A DNA stretch of 64,000 nt, from the NCBI GenBank assembly GCA_013151745.1, contig JAADHS010000078.1:255-64254 (forward strand), given 5' to 3'. Numbering within the stretch: the stretch's first letter is position 1; every line of letters starts with the position of its first letter. The position numbers and the translations under genes are program-made. Of the stretch, positions 50,202-60,931 are shown in pieces. The notes under the pieces are model-generated. The model did not search any database, had not been told where the DNA came from, and saw nothing but the letters and a program-made list of their open reading frames with translations. Source of the stretch: Gammaproteobacteria bacterium. Lineage in GTDB: Bacteria > Pseudomonadota > Gammaproteobacteria > JAADHS01.

Positions 50202-50477
50202 TTAGGCATCAGGTGGCACAAAGCCTTCAGGGGTAGTGCCGCCTTCTTCACTGAAAAAGAATTTTTCCATTTCAGTCTCCAGAAATTCCCGTGATTTAGG
50301 GTCGATGGTGGACAGGCGATATTCGTTAATTAACATTGTTTGCTGGCTTAACCACAGTTTCCAGGCTTCTTTGCTGACGTTAGCGAAGATTTTTTTCCCC
50401 AGGTCACCTGGGTAAGGTACAAACTCAAGACCTTCTGCTTCTTTATCGAGTTTTACGCAGTGTACATTGCGTGACAT
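50202..50477 (-). CDS. yggX: Fe(2+)-trafficking / oxidative-damage protection protein YggX
   Basis: The 91-aa protein [31 protein letters not shown]...[10 protein letters not shown] matches the YggX family throughout. It lies downstream of mutY as in enterobacteria. Confidence 0.88.
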   Translation of the reverse strand: MSRNVHCVKLDKEAEGLEFVPYPGDLGKKIFANVSKEAWKLWLSQQTMLINEYRLSTIDPKSREFLETEMEKFFFSEEGGTTPEGFVPPDA

Positions 50478-51513
50478 AGAATTCTCCGTTTTTAGTCAGT
50501 TTACTCTGCAGCTGAATGAGCAGTTTTTTTGTTGGTGCTGCCAATCCTAAATTGATTGCGGTTTCTATATTGTACCAAGCGTATTCATCTTCGGCCACAT
50601 AGTTGTCGTAATTTTTTGTGGTCGCCAGGATAGGCGTGATGTCTAAATGGAAGTGGGTGAACGTATGTCGGAAACCAGGCCATATTTCTTTTTTAGTGAT
50701 GTTTTTACTCAGGCTAGGTGATAAAGCTGTTTCTGGAAAGCACCATAGTCCGCCCCAAATACCGGTTGGCGCTCTTTTTTCCATCAAGATTTGATGATTT
50801 GAATTGCATAACATTAAAAAGGTAGTGTTGCGTATAGGACGTTTTTTCCGTGTTTTAGGGGTAGGCAATTGTTCTTGTATTTGTTGTTGATGTGCAATGC
50901 AAAGCTGGCTAAGAGGGCAGAGTTTACAGTGGGGGATTTTTCGTGTGCAGATTGTTGCGCCTAAATCCATAATGGCTTGAGTGTAATGCTTCGCATTTTT
51001 TTTTGGCGTGTGCTGTGCGGCGAAGACCCATAGTTGTGTCTCTATAGATTTTTTGCCCGGCCATCCTTCAATAGCATGGAGGCGAGTCAGTACGCGTTTA
51101 ACATTGCCATCAAGGATGGGATGAGGTTGGTTCAAAGCCAGTGATAAAATAGCCCCTGCTGTTGAGCGCCCAATGCCAGGTAAAGCGACGACATCAGCTA
51201 AATTTGTCGGAAATAGGCCGTCATGTTGAGAGGCTATGCTTTGTGCAGCACGGTGTAAATTTCGCGCTCGAGCGTAATAGCCTAAGCCAGACCAGAGTTG
51301 CAAAACATCATCAACGGGTGCCGCCGCCAGTGTTGCGATAGTCGGAAAATGTTGTATAAAATTTTTATAGTAAGGGATGACAGTGGTGACCTGTGTTTGC
51401 TGTAACATGATTTCAGAAATCCATACACGATAAAGTGTCGGGTTTTGTTGCCATGGCAGGTTGTGACGTCCATGCTGGTGAAACCAGGCGAGTAGTGGTT
51501 TATTAATTTTCAT
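50443..51513 (-). CDS. mutY: A/G-specific adenine DNA glycosylase MutY
   Basis: HhH-GPD motif ([12 protein letters not shown]), [4Fe-4S] loop [17 protein letters not shown], and a C-terminal NUDIX-like domain. Confidence 0.9.
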   Translation of the reverse strand: MKINKPLLAWFHQHGRHNLPWQQNPTLYRVWISEIMLQQTQVTTVIPYYKNFIQHFPTIATLAAAPVDDVLQLWSGLGYYARARNLHRAAQSIASQHDGLFPTNLADVVALPGIGRSTAGAILSLALNQPHPILDGNVKRVLTRLHAIEGWPGKKSIETQLWVFAAQHTPKKNAKHYTQAIMDLGATICTRKIPHCKLCPLSQLCIAHQQQIQEQLPTPKTRKKRPIRNTTFLMLCNSNHQILMEKRAPTGIWGGLWCFPETALSPSLSKNITKKEIWPGFRHTFTHFHLDITPILATTKNYDNYVAEDEYAWYNIETAINLGLAAPTKKLLIQLQSKLTKNGEFYVTQCTLRKTR

Positions 51514-51625
51514 TATTTTGTTAATTGTTAAGGCGGATAAAGTTTTTATGTGGGTATGGTACTCTTGTATATTGCATAATTAAAAATTGTTTTTAGTCAT
51601 CATCAAATGTTTTATTCTAGCTCCC

Positions 51626-51735
51626 ATTTTTCACAGAGACGCGCGAAAATCGCGCAATAGATTGTTTTCACAATGGAGAGGGTGAACGAAAGGAATAACC
51701 GTGTCTATTTGCCAGTGAACACCGTGGTACTCCCT
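51626..51735. repeat. Intergenic repeat family 2, copy 1 (contains GCGCGA-AAA-TCGCGC hairpin)
   Basis: CATTTTTCACAGAGACGCGCGAAAATCGCGCAATAGATTGTTTTCACAATGG... is about 80% identical over at least 100 bp to 54136-54267 in the same orientation. Confidence 0.45.
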
Positions 51736-51859
51736 TGAGGGGCGAGATTTATTGTAAAAAAATAAGCGAGCGAGCTTGTGTGGATCCGGTGAGCAATACG
51801 GGCGAGCAGTCCGGATTGAAAATAATTGCTGAGTTGTGATGTTTGAAATAACATAAGGA

Positions 51860-52240
51860 GTGGAGATGCCTGTTGCAGATTCCTGTGTGCTGAAAGTGAC
51901 GGCTCAACAAACAAAAACACAAGAGGGTATTTTCTATTTTACGCGGTTTTCTTCGACAGACCGTGTTGGGAGAGCGTTGAAAATACTGGGTATTTGTTGG
52001 CTGATTGCGGGTGTTACGGTTTTTATCCCGCTCGCGCACTTTGTCCTAGTTCCCGGTTTTTTTATTGCAGGCCCTGTGATGGCGATAATGAGGTACAAAG
52101 TGGATAAGGCGGCTGAAAAAGTGGCAGTACAATGTCCGGAATGCGGTCAAAATGTAGAAATTCAGATGGAGGCTCAAGATTGGCCGCCTCTGTATACCTA
52201 CTGTCCAGAATGTAACACCAGTGTGCAGTTAACCGAATAA
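51860..52240 (+). CDS. Small membrane protein with C-terminal zinc-ribbon (CPxCG...CPxC)
   Basis: Two hydrophobic helices (ILGICWLIAGVTVFIPLAHFVLVPGFFIAGPVMAI) followed by CPECGQ-(22)-CPECN. Confidence 0.5.
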   Translation: MEMPVADSCVLKVTAQQTKTQEGIFYFTRFSSTDRVGRALKILGICWLIAGVTVFIPLAHFVLVPGFFIAGPVMAIMRYKVDKAAEKVAVQCPECGQNVEIQMEAQDWPPLYTYCPECNTSVQLTE

Positions 52241-52376
52241 ATTGAATAATATTGCAGTTGGAGAGGTATTTGTGTGCGTAGTATAATGGTCACTATCATT
52301 CTAGGTATTTTGCTTGTATCAGGAGCGGTCACTATCTTTTTAGGTTTATATTTATTCGGAATAATTGGTTAAAAAA

Positions 52377-52577
52377 ATGGAAATCAGAGTCAATGGCGAG
52401 ACGCGTAATGTGGCTTCGATTTACACTGTCGCTGATCTTATTCAAGATATGGATTTAGGGCGGCGACGTTTCGCGGTTGAAGTGAATCGAAAAATTATTC
52501 CTCGAGGTCAGCATGAAAAATACCTGTTGCAATCTCAAGATCAGATAGAAATTGTACATGCGATTGGGGGAGGGTAA
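52377..52577 (+). CDS. thiS: Sulfur-carrier protein ThiS
   Basis: 66 aa, MEIRVNGE... ending in GG. It immediately precedes thiG. The ORF-track TTG at 52365 is probably not the start. Confidence 0.85.
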   Translation: MEIRVNGETRNVASIYTVADLIQDMDLGRRRFAVEVNRKIIPRGQHEKYLLQSQDQIEIVHAIGGG

Positions 52578-52584
52578 AAAAGGT

Positions 52585-53388
52585 ATGGATATGTCAAATA
52601 GTCGCCAATCACATGATCCTTTAATCATTGCCGGGGTGGCGTATCAGTCTCGGTTATTGGTGGGTTCGGGAAAGTATAAGGATCTAGAAGAAACACGTCT
52701 GGCAACAGAGGCGAGTGGAGCGGAAATAATTACGGTTGCAGTACGCCGTACCAATATTGGCCAAGATCCAGGCGAGCCTAACTTGTTAGATGTGGTTGCA
52801 CCGGATCAATATACAATTTTACCCAATACTGCGATGTGTTATACCGCCGAAGATGCGGTGAGAACTTGTCGTATGGCGCGTGAATTATTAGATGGACATG
52901 ATCTGGTCAAATTAGAAGTGTTAGGGGATGAAAAAACTTTATTCCCCAATGTGACGGCAACGTTGAAAGCGGCGCGAACGCTCATCGATGATGGCTTTAA
53001 GGTGATGGTTTATACTAGCGATGACCTCATTGTTGCGCAAGAATTGGAGTCTATGGGGTGTGTTGCGGTGATGCCCTTAGGTGCGCCGATTGGCTCTGGT
53101 TTAGGTATCCGTAACCCCTACAATATTCAATTCATTGTTGAAGCATTGAGTGTACCCGTATTAGTTGATGCGGGCGTGGGTACGGCATCAGATGCTGCAT
53201 TTGCAATGGAATTAGGTTGTGATGGTGTGCTGATGAATTCAGCGATTGCTGCGGCCAAAAATCCTGTATTAATGGCGTCGGCGATGAAAAATGCCGTTAA
53301 AGCAGGACGAGCAGCGTATCTTGCCGGACGTATGCCTCGTAAACGTTATGCTTCAGCCTCTTCGCCTATTAATGACGTTTTTTTCTAG
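52585..53388 (+). CDS. thiG: Thiazole synthase ThiG
   Basis: [19 protein letters not shown]...TVAVRR...[10 protein letters not shown]... TIM-barrel ThiG blocks. Start taken at ATG 52585, downstream of the thiS stop. Confidence 0.9.
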   Translation: MDMSNSRQSHDPLIIAGVAYQSRLLVGSGKYKDLEETRLATEASGAEIITVAVRRTNIGQDPGEPNLLDVVAPDQYTILPNTAMCYTAEDAVRTCRMARELLDGHDLVKLEVLGDEKTLFPNVTATLKAARTLIDDGFKVMVYTSDDLIVAQELESMGCVAVMPLGAPIGSGLGIRNPYNIQFIVEALSVPVLVDAGVGTASDAAFAMELGCDGVLMNSAIAAAKNPVLMASAMKNAVKAGRAAYLAGRMPRKRYASASSPINDVFF

Positions 53389-53394
53389 CTTGAT

Positions 53395-54111
53395 ATGGGT
53401 AAAGATGAGAGGCCTGTAGTATTGTCTGAAACTGTGCCGTATCGAACAAAAATAAAGAGTTTCGTACGTAGAGAGGGGCGTTTTACAGAGAGTCAAAAGC
53501 AAGCTTTAGCAGCGAACTGGAATACTTTTGGTATTGAATATGATGAGCTGAGTATTGATTTCCTCCAGCTTTTTGGGCGTCAAGCTTACACGGTGTTGGA
53601 GATTGGGTTTGGTAATGGCAAATCACTGGCCAAAATGGCCGTGGCTTATCCTGAAAAAAATTATTTGGGTATTGAGGTTCATCGTCCCGGAGTGGGGCAA
53701 TTATTAAAACATCTTCAGAATGAAAAAATCAAGAATGTACGCGTTTTACAGCACGATGCAAAGGACGTGTTAAGCCATAAAATTTCAGATGCCAGTCTGG
53801 ATGCCTTATACCTTTTTTTCCCTGATCCTTGGCCGAAGAGAAAACATCATAAACGACGCTTGGTACAGGCAGATTTTGTTCAATTAATCGCGAAGAAGTT
53901 AAAGGTCGGCGGTATTTTTCATGTGGCAACGGATTGGCAGGATTATGCCCATCATATACTGAAAGTGATGTCAGCTTCTGAATTGTTTCAAAATACAGCC
54001 GGTGCGGCTTTATATTCTCCTTGTCCTGAATATCGCGTCCGGACTAAATTTGAGCAACGTGGTCAAAAGTTAGGGTACTTGATTAGAGATATGGTGTTTA
54101 AACGAGTTTAA
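53395..54111 (+). CDS. trmB: tRNA (guanine46-N7)-methyltransferase TrmB
   Basis: LEIGFGNG...FFPDPWPKRKHHKRR..., the TrmB SAM-MTase signature. Confidence 0.9.
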   Translation: MGKDERPVVLSETVPYRTKIKSFVRREGRFTESQKQALAANWNTFGIEYDELSIDFLQLFGRQAYTVLEIGFGNGKSLAKMAVAYPEKNYLGIEVHRPGVGQLLKHLQNEKIKNVRVLQHDAKDVLSHKISDASLDALYLFFPDPWPKRKHHKRRLVQADFVQLIAKKLKVGGIFHVATDWQDYAHHILKVMSASELFQNTAGAALYSPCPEYRVRTKFEQRGQKLGYLIRDMVFKRV

Positions 54112-54135
54112 TCCGCATTTCTCACAGGGACGCGC

Positions 54136-54267
54136 GAAAATCACGCAGTAGATTTGTTTTCTCAATGGGTATTGTGAGCGAGAAGAATAATAGTGCAAGC
54201 ACATGCACTTCTTCCAAATGGCGATTTGAGTAGCGTGAACACTGTTCTTGATGTAATTTCAGCAGTT
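54136..54267. repeat. Intergenic repeat family 2, copy 2
   Basis: CATTTCTCACAGGGACGCGCGAAAATCACGCAGTAGATTTGTTTTCTCAATGG... matches 51626-51735, with a roughly 40-bp insertion. Confidence 0.45.
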
Positions 54268-54538
54268 GTCTTCTCTCCGTTTATCGCCTCTAATGCGAAT
54301 TTAACTTTGGTCTGATGACTGTGTTTTCCTTCTTAACTCGTGGTCTGAAATGTTGGGGAGTATTATAAATAGACGAGTCAATACCTTTTTTGGGCTGTTT
54401 TTCTCTTAGTAAAGCGGAGTTAATTTATGGTAGGAAGTGAGGGTTGTGTTCCTAACGAGCGACATGGTTTTTACTTTTAACCCTGTATTATATGATATAA
54501 TTTCATATTAGACATTACACTTAACTTGGTTTATTTGC

Positions 54539-56470
54539 GTGGTTATGATTTGCGTAAAAACCTTATTTGGAAAAGACGTTACCAGAATGAAGTTTTCCCT
54601 GCATCGTATTGCTATTGTCGTTCATGATTTATTCATGGTTTCTGTTGCATGGCTTTTAGCGTTTTTGTCCCGATATAATTTTTCATTGCCGGATGCAGAG
54701 TGGAATATATTTTTAGCGACATTGCCTGCGGTGATGGTGGTGCAAGGTGTGGCGCTATGGTGGACTAGATTGTACCGGGGGTTATGGCGTTTTGCGAGCA
54801 TTCCGGATCTTTGGAATATTGTTCGGGCGGTGACAGTCGGGGTGACGGGGGTCGGTTTGGTTTTATTTTTCTTTACCCGTTTAGAAGGCGTGCCGAGATC
54901 CATATTTGCTTTATATCCAGTCTACTTGGTTTTATTGCTGGGTGGGCCGCGACTGGCTTACCGTATGTTCAAGGATTATGGTGTTATCACCGGAGCTGCA
55001 ACCCGACCTGCACGGCAACGAATGCTGTTGCTGGGAGCGGGGCGAGCAGGTGAAATGCTGGCTCGTGATATGAGCCGGGATGGGCAGTATCTTCCTGTTG
55101 GTTTTCTTGATGACAACAAACGGTTATTAGGTGCAAAAGTCCATGGTCTTTCTGTCTTAGGTGACATCGATCATGTTTCAAGTATTGTTGAGCGACTGGA
55201 TATTGATGTGGTTGTGATTGCTATGCCTTCTGCCAGTAGTGCTCAGATGCGCAGCATAGTAGAAGAATGTGAGAAATTAAACATTCCCTTTCGCATGTTG
55301 CCGAAGTTGCACGATTTTGTATCTGGTACCTCTTCTTTAAGTGCGTTACGGGAAGTCGCTATTGAAGACTTGCTTGGCCGTGAACCGGTTTCACTTGATT
55401 GGCAAGGGATTAACAAGGGTCTGACGTCTAAGGTGGTGATGGTTACAGGCGGAGGCGGGTCAATTGGGTCGGAGCTTTGTCGGCAAATAGCGAAGCTAAA
55501 ACCCAAATCTCTCATCTTGTTTGAACGGTCGGAGTTTAATTTATATAATATCGAACTGGAGCTGATCGCGAAGTATCCGACCTTGGAGTTACATTGTTGT
55601 CTGGGAGATATTTGTGATTCTGTTCTGGTGGAAAACGTGATGGAGACACATTATCCTGATATTGTTTTTCACGCAGCAGCGTATAAACATGTCCCTATAT
55701 TAGAAGACAATGCGCGTGCAGCGGTGCAAAATAATATTTTGGGTAGCCAAACTATTGCGTTAGCGGCAGATAAATATGCGTGTTCAACCTTTGTGATGAT
55801 TTCGACGGATAAAGCGGTGAATCCGACTAACGTGATGGGCGCGAGCAAGCGTGCCGCTGAAATTTTTTGCCAGTCATTAAATACCCGTTCTCAGACTAAA
55901 TTTATTACAGTCCGTTTTGGTAATGTATTGGGTTCTACGGGCAGTGTGGTGCCTTTGTTTAAACGGCAAATCAAAAATGGAGGCCCTGTTACTGTCACAC
56001 ACCCCGATATAAAGCGCTACTTTATGATTATTCCTGAAGCATGTCAGTTGATTATGCAGGCGGGTGTGATGGGGCAGGGTGGGGAAATATTTGTTTTAGA
56101 TATGGGGGTTCCGGTTCCGGTCAAGTATCTGGCTGAGCAAATGATTCGCTTGTCGGGTAAGGTGCCGGGTGACGATATTGAAATCGTATTTACCGGATTG
56201 CGCCCCGGTGAGAAGCTTTATGAAGAGCTTTTTTATGAACATGAAGTGCTTTCTGAAACAGGGTATTCTAAAATTATGCTCGCGAACTCCAGTTTAGTGG
56301 ATTGGGATATAATTGAACGTGCAGTGGCCGTTTTTGAAAGGGCATGCAGAGATAATAATGTAGAAAAAATGATCGCTCAGTTGAGAGTTCTCGTTCCTGG
56401 GCAATATTGTATCGCTGAATCTGAAAAACAAATCGCTGATTCTAAAGTGATAAAATTGAAGCGGGCGTAA
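54539..56470 (+). CDS. Membrane-anchored nucleotide-sugar 4,6-dehydratase/epimerase of the CapD/WbpM/PglF family (polysaccharide biosynthesis)
   Basis: Four N-terminal TM helices. Two Rossmann regions (LLLGAGRAGE; VMVTGGGGSIGSELCRQ). YKH.. catalytic region (AAAYKHVPILE). 643 aa. The start is possibly the internal ATG at about 54587. Confidence 0.88.
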   Translation: MVMICVKTLFGKDVTRMKFSLHRIAIVVHDLFMVSVAWLLAFLSRYNFSLPDAEWNIFLATLPAVMVVQGVALWWTRLYRGLWRFASIPDLWNIVRAVTVGVTGVGLVLFFFTRLEGVPRSIFALYPVYLVLLLGGPRLAYRMFKDYGVITGAATRPARQRMLLLGAGRAGEMLARDMSRDGQYLPVGFLDDNKRLLGAKVHGLSVLGDIDHVSSIVERLDIDVVVIAMPSASSAQMRSIVEECEKLNIPFRMLPKLHDFVSGTSSLSALREVAIEDLLGREPVSLDWQGINKGLTSKVVMVTGGGGSIGSELCRQIAKLKPKSLILFERSEFNLYNIELELIAKYPTLELHCCLGDICDSVLVENVMETHYPDIVFHAAAYKHVPILEDNARAAVQNNILGSQTIALAADKYACSTFVMISTDKAVNPTNVMGASKRAAEIFCQSLNTRSQTKFITVRFGNVLGSTGSVVPLFKRQIKNGGPVTVTHPDIKRYFMIIPEACQLIMQAGVMGQGGEIFVLDMGVPVPVKYLAEQMIRLSGKVPGDDIEIVFTGLRPGEKLYEELFYEHEVLSETGYSKIMLANSSLVDWDIIERAVAVFERACRDNNVEKMIAQLRVLVPGQYCIAESEKQIADSKVIKLKRA

Positions 56471-56638
56471 TATTTGATTGGATTTTTTAATGGGCGAGTT
56501 GTGATTGATCACGTGCTTATTCTTTATTACCTCTTTTAAAAAAATGGTAAATTGCGTTACAATATACATCTGCTTTTTCACTTGGTCTGGGAACAAAAAT
56601 CGGGCACAATCTGGTATATTCTTTTTCGGAACCTCCTT

Positions 56639-56712
56639 AAACCTAAAAAACGCAGTTGATTCACGATGTACCTTATAAGGGCGCTTCGTGAATCAACTGC
56701 GTTTTCTAGGTT
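56639..56712. repeat. Near-perfect inverted repeat: 26-bp stem (1 mismatch) with 21-nt loop
   Basis: AACCTAAAAAACGCAGTTGATTCACG ... CGTGAATCAACTGCGTTTTCTAGGTT. No flanking T-run. The 16-mer CTAGAAAACGCAGTTG recurs at 38186-38203. Confidence 0.55.
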
Positions 56713-56760
56713 AAAATTAATCATTGTTGATATTGTAAGAAAAACCCGAGGATAATTGTT

Positions 56761-57942
56761 TTGATTACTGACTTTCCTCGTATAAAGAGGCTGCCTCCAT
56801 ATGTTTTTAATATTGTTAATGAGCTGAAAGCGCAATCACGCGCTCGTGGTGAAGATATCGTTGATTTTGGTATGGGTAATCCAGACCAACCAACCCCCCC
56901 CCATATTGTCGCCAAGCTTGTTGAAGCTGCGCAACGCTCTAATACGCATCGCTACTCGATTTCGCGCGGTATTCCACGTTTGCGAAGTGCGATTACCCAT
57001 TGGTATCGTGATCGCTATGGCGTGGACCTTGATTCAGAATCGGAAGCCATCGTTACTATCGGCTCTAAAGAAGGGCTCGCGCACCTGGCGCTCGCGACGC
57101 TGGCTCCGGGTGATGCGGTGTTGGTTCCGAACCCAGCTTATCCGATTCATCCCTATGGCTCGGTGATCGCAGGTGCAGATATCCGCATGGTTCCTCTGGT
57201 TAAAGGCGGAGATTTCTTTTCAGAGCTGGAAAAAGCCATTAAGGATACCTGGCCGAAACCCAAGATGTTAATTTTGAATTTTCCGGCCAATCCAACGACG
57301 CAGTGTGTGGAGCTGGATTTTTTTGAAAAAGTGGTGGCGATTGCCCAAGAACACAAAATTTGGGTGGTGCATGATATTGCCTATGCAGACATTGTTTTTG
57401 ATGGTTATAAAGCGCCTTCAATTTTGCAGGTCGCCGGTGCAAAAGAAGTTGCGGTGGAGTTTTACAGCTTATCAAAGAGCTATAATATGCCCGGTTGGCG
57501 GGTTGGATTTATGGTTGGGAATTCGGTACTTGTTTCCGCACTGGCACGGATGAAGTCGTATTTGGACTATGGTACCTTTGCGCCGATACAAATTGCTGCC
57601 ATCACCGCTTTAGAAGGCCCTCAAACTTGTGTCAATGACATTAGAGAAACGTACAGGAAGCGCCGAGATGTCATATGCTCGGGTCTCAATGCCCTAGGGT
57701 GGGCGGTAGATGTGCCAAAAGCGACCATGTTCGTCTGGGCGCCGATTCCTGAGCAATATCGTCACCTGGGTTCTCTGGAGTTTACTAAAAAAATGCTGAA
57801 AGAGGCCAAAGTCGCAGTCTCACCCGGTATCGGGTTTGGCGAGTACGGCGATGACCATGTGCGTTTTAGTTTAATTGAAAATGAACATCGTTCTCGCCAG
57901 GCTATTCGAGGTATACGCGATATGTTTCGCAGTAATAAGTAA
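56761..57942 (+). CDS. PLP-dependent class-I aminotransferase, AlaC/YfdZ-like (alanine/glutamate transaminase)
   Basis: N-terminal [36 protein letters not shown] closely resembles the AlaC family. The PLP lysine is in [17 protein letters not shown] start. Confidence 0.8.
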   Translation: MITDFPRIKRLPPYVFNIVNELKAQSRARGEDIVDFGMGNPDQPTPPHIVAKLVEAAQRSNTHRYSISRGIPRLRSAITHWYRDRYGVDLDSESEAIVTIGSKEGLAHLALATLAPGDAVLVPNPAYPIHPYGSVIAGADIRMVPLVKGGDFFSELEKAIKDTWPKPKMLILNFPANPTTQCVELDFFEKVVAIAQEHKIWVVHDIAYADIVFDGYKAPSILQVAGAKEVAVEFYSLSKSYNMPGWRVGFMVGNSVLVSALARMKSYLDYGTFAPIQIAAITALEGPQTCVNDIRETYRKRRDVICSGLNALGWAVDVPKATMFVWAPIPEQYRHLGSLEFTKKMLKEAKVAVSPGIGFGEYGDDHVRFSLIENEHRSRQAIRGIRDMFRSNK

Positions 57943-57961
57943 TGTTTTGAGAGAATTTTTT

Positions 57962-59299
57962 TTGAGCGAGGAGAAAACTAAGTTGGAACCCGTAAAAGTA
58001 GGGCTGCTAGGTTTAGGCACCGTGGGTGGTGGGACGATTAATGTATTGAAACGCAACCGGGATGAAATTACACGGCGTGCTGGAAGAGAGGTCAAAATTG
58101 TTATTGCATCGGCACGTAATGTTAATAAAAAACGAAATTTTTCAACGGCGGGTATCTCATTAACGACTGATCCCTTTGCCGTGGTGAACCGTACGGATAT
58201 TGATGTTGTTGTGGAGCTCATTGGAGGGACTGAGCTGACATTAGAGTTGGTGCTGCAAGCGATACAAAATGGTAAACATGTTGTTACCGCAAATAAAGCT
58301 TTAATTGCGATACATGGTAATGAAATATTCGCTGCAGCGAGTAATAAAGGTGTGATGGTGGCCTTTGAGGCGGCGGTGGCGGGGGGGATCCCTATTATCA
58401 AAGCGTTGCGCGAAGGGTTGGCAGGGAATAAAATTGAATGGTTAGCCGGAATAATCAATGGTACAGGTAATTTTATTCTTACCGAAATGCGCGACAAAGG
58501 AAGTCATTTTGCGGATGTGCTGGCTCAGGCTCAAGCGCTGGGTTACGCTGAAGCCGATCCTGCTTTTGATGTTGAAGGTATTGATGCGGCACATAAACTA
58601 ACCATATTGGCCGCCATAGCATTTGGTATTCCTTTACAATTTGAAAAAGCCTACACGGAAGGGATTGCGAGTATAACTCGTGAGGATGTCGATAATGCAG
58701 CAGAGTTAGGTTATCGGATTAAACACTTGGGTATCGCCAGGCATGTTGATCACGGGATAGAATTAAGAGTGCACCCGACACTCATTCCCGATAGACGTTT
58801 AATCGCCAATGTTGATGGTGTTATGAATGCGGTATTGGTTCAAGGGGATGCCGTTGGTCCCACGCTCTATTACGGGGCAGGAGCCGGAGCCGATCCCACA
58901 GCTTCTGCTGTCGTGGCCGATATTGTCGATGTGGTTCGCAGCTTAACGGCCGATCCTGAAAACCGGGTGCCCCATTTAGCATTTCAACCGGATACTTTAT
59001 CTGACGTTCCCATATTATCTGTTGAAGAAATTACGACCGCTTATTATTTGCGTATACACGTTATGGATAAACCCGGTGTGCTTGCTGATATTACGCGATG
59101 CCTTGCTGATCAATCGATTAGTATAGAAGCCATGATTCAAAAAGAAGAAAATGAAGAAAGTAAAACGGTTCCCATTATATTGCTGACACACCGCTTGCAG
59201 GAAAAACAAATGATCATTGCGATTCAAAATATTGAAGCGTTAAATTCCGTTGTCGGTAAGGTAACTCGTATTCGCCTGGAACATTTAATTGCTGATTAA
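57962..59299 (+). CDS. hom: Homoserine dehydrogenase with C-terminal ACT domain
   Basis: VGLLGLGTVGGG NAD-binding motif, central catalytic domain and a C-terminal ACT fold. An in-frame TTG at 57962 is proposed as the start, because the ORF-track ATG at 57875 lies inside the aminotransferase gene. The start is uncertain. Confidence 0.8.
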   Translation: MSEEKTKLEPVKVGLLGLGTVGGGTINVLKRNRDEITRRAGREVKIVIASARNVNKKRNFSTAGISLTTDPFAVVNRTDIDVVVELIGGTELTLELVLQAIQNGKHVVTANKALIAIHGNEIFAAASNKGVMVAFEAAVAGGIPIIKALREGLAGNKIEWLAGIINGTGNFILTEMRDKGSHFADVLAQAQALGYAEADPAFDVEGIDAAHKLTILAAIAFGIPLQFEKAYTEGIASITREDVDNAAELGYRIKHLGIARHVDHGIELRVHPTLIPDRRLIANVDGVMNAVLVQGDAVGPTLYYGAGAGADPTASAVVADIVDVVRSLTADPENRVPHLAFQPDTLSDVPILSVEEITTAYYLRIHVMDKPGVLADITRCLADQSISIEAMIQKEENEESKTVPIILLTHRLQEKQMIIAIQNIEALNSVVGKVTRIRLEHLIAD

Positions 59300-59366
59300 A
59301 GTCTGTGTGTGAGCTGGTTTTTCTGCAATTAATTATAAACATAAATAATAATTTAAGAGGTGTGTG

Positions 59367-60449
59367 ATGCCCTTCCGTCCCCGCTATACTGGATTAATAG
59401 AAAAATATCGTGATCGCTTACCGGTCAAAGATGATGTGCGCATTATTAGTTTAGGTGAAGGAAATACACCGCTAATACGCTTGAATAATATTCCAGGATT
59501 ATTCAAGCGTGACGTGGATATATACATTAAATACGAAGGTTTGAATCCCACGGGTTCTTTTAAAGACAGAGGTATGACTATGGCGGTGACCATGGCGGTG
59601 GAGGAGGGCAGTAAGGCGATAATTTGTGCTTCAACTGGAAATACTTCGGCAGCGGCAGCAGCCTATGCGGCACGCGCCGGTGTCAGCGCTTTTGTTTTAA
59701 TACCGGAGGGTAAAATCGCGCTGGGCAAATTAGCGCAGGCGATGATACACGGGGCTGTCATCATACAAATAAAGGGTAATTTTGATCGCGGTTTGGAGCT
59801 GGTCAAAGAGGTCGCCAGTGAAGCGCCTGTCACCATTGTTAATTCTATTAACCCCTATCGTTTGCAGGGGCAAAAAACAGCCGCCTTTGAAATTATTGAA
59901 GAGCTGGGGGGTGCGCCCGATTATCATTGCTTACCGGTGGGTAATGCGGGCAATATCAGTGCCCATTGGATGGGGTATACGGAATATCATGACCACGGGA
60001 TCGTTAATGCTTTACCCAAAATGCTGGGCTATCAAGCGTGCGGTGCCGCGCCCTTTTTGCGCGGCGCGCCTGTGGCAGAACCTGAGACGGTGGCAACGGC
60101 AATACGGATAGGTCACCCACAAAGCTGGGACTTTGCATGGCAAGCTCAAAAAAAATCAGGAGGGTGGTTTGGTGAATTGACGGACGATGAAATTCTCGCT
60201 GCACAAAAATTGCTAGCCGAAAAAGAAGGTATTTTTTGTGAGCCGGCATCGGCTGCTTCGCTGGGTGGTGTCATGCGTGACATCAAGAACGGTAAAATTC
60301 CCGCTGGTAGCAAGATTGTTTGTACGCTAACCGGTCATGGTTTAAAAGACCCTGATACGGCAATCAAACAAGCGGGAGAGGGTATGATTACCGTAGAGGC
60401 TAATTTACAAGAAGTAAAAGGGGCTATCCTGGCGAATATGGAGGTATAA
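59367..60449 (+). CDS. thrC: Threonine synthase
   Basis: PLP site FKDRGMT, glycine-rich [17 protein letters not shown]. 361 aa. ATG at 59367 with AAGAGG RBS 6 nt upstream. Confidence 0.9.
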   Translation: MPFRPRYTGLIEKYRDRLPVKDDVRIISLGEGNTPLIRLNNIPGLFKRDVDIYIKYEGLNPTGSFKDRGMTMAVTMAVEEGSKAIICASTGNTSAAAAAYAARAGVSAFVLIPEGKIALGKLAQAMIHGAVIIQIKGNFDRGLELVKEVASEAPVTIVNSINPYRLQGQKTAAFEIIEELGGAPDYHCLPVGNAGNISAHWMGYTEYHDHGIVNALPKMLGYQACGAAPFLRGAPVAEPETVATAIRIGHPQSWDFAWQAQKKSGGWFGELTDDEILAAQKLLAEKEGIFCEPASAASLGGVMRDIKNGKIPAGSKIVCTLTGHGLKDPDTAIKQAGEGMITVEANLQEVKGAILANMEV

Positions 60450-60541
60450 AGTGAGATGATGATTAAGGAAGAATACCTATTTTGAGTGTTTTATTCGTAA
60501 AATAGTACAAAAACTATTGACAACTTAACTCGGAAATTAGT

Positions 60542-60931
60542 ATGGTTGTCTCAATGACTATACAGAGATACATTGCAGGTTTGTTGTTAGCTTTGATGTC
60601 CGGTTCTATCTGGGCATCTGTAGTTGAAGAACGCATTTTTAATTATGATCATGCAAACAAGCAACTCACTCGTATATTAGCCTTGGACAGGGTGGCACTC
60701 ACTGAGCGAGAGCGTTCCGTCTGTTCACAAGAGCACGCTGTAAATCACGCAGCGTATTACTTTGCTTCACCGAATCAAAAATCAGTGCCTGTTGCGTACA
60801 GCGAATCGTTTGACGTAGTGTTGAGCTTGGTCGTTGATGCCATCATATTAAAACAACTCATGCCTTCGGGTCACTTCAATTCTACATTACCGGGTCCTCC
60901 TGCTGGTCCCCCTCCCAAGCACATAATTTAA
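60542..60931 (+). CDS. Secreted protein of unknown function with Pro/Gly-rich C-terminus
   Basis: The signal peptide IAGLLLALMSGSIWA is clear. The C-terminus reads LPGPPAGPPPKHII. No known motif. Confidence 0.45.
   Translation: MVVSMTIQRYIAGLLLALMSGSIWASVVEERIFNYDHANKQLTRILALDRVALTERERSVCSQEHAVNHAAYYFASPNQKSVPVAYSESFDVVLSLVVDAIILKQLMPSGHFNSTLPGPPAGPPPKHII

Noticed and set aside
52240-52380. TPP riboswitch upstream of thiS
   Set aside because: I looked for the conserved CUGAGA / ACCUGAUCUGGAUAAUGCCAGCG core and did not see it. It is reported only as a negative that should be confirmed with Infernal.
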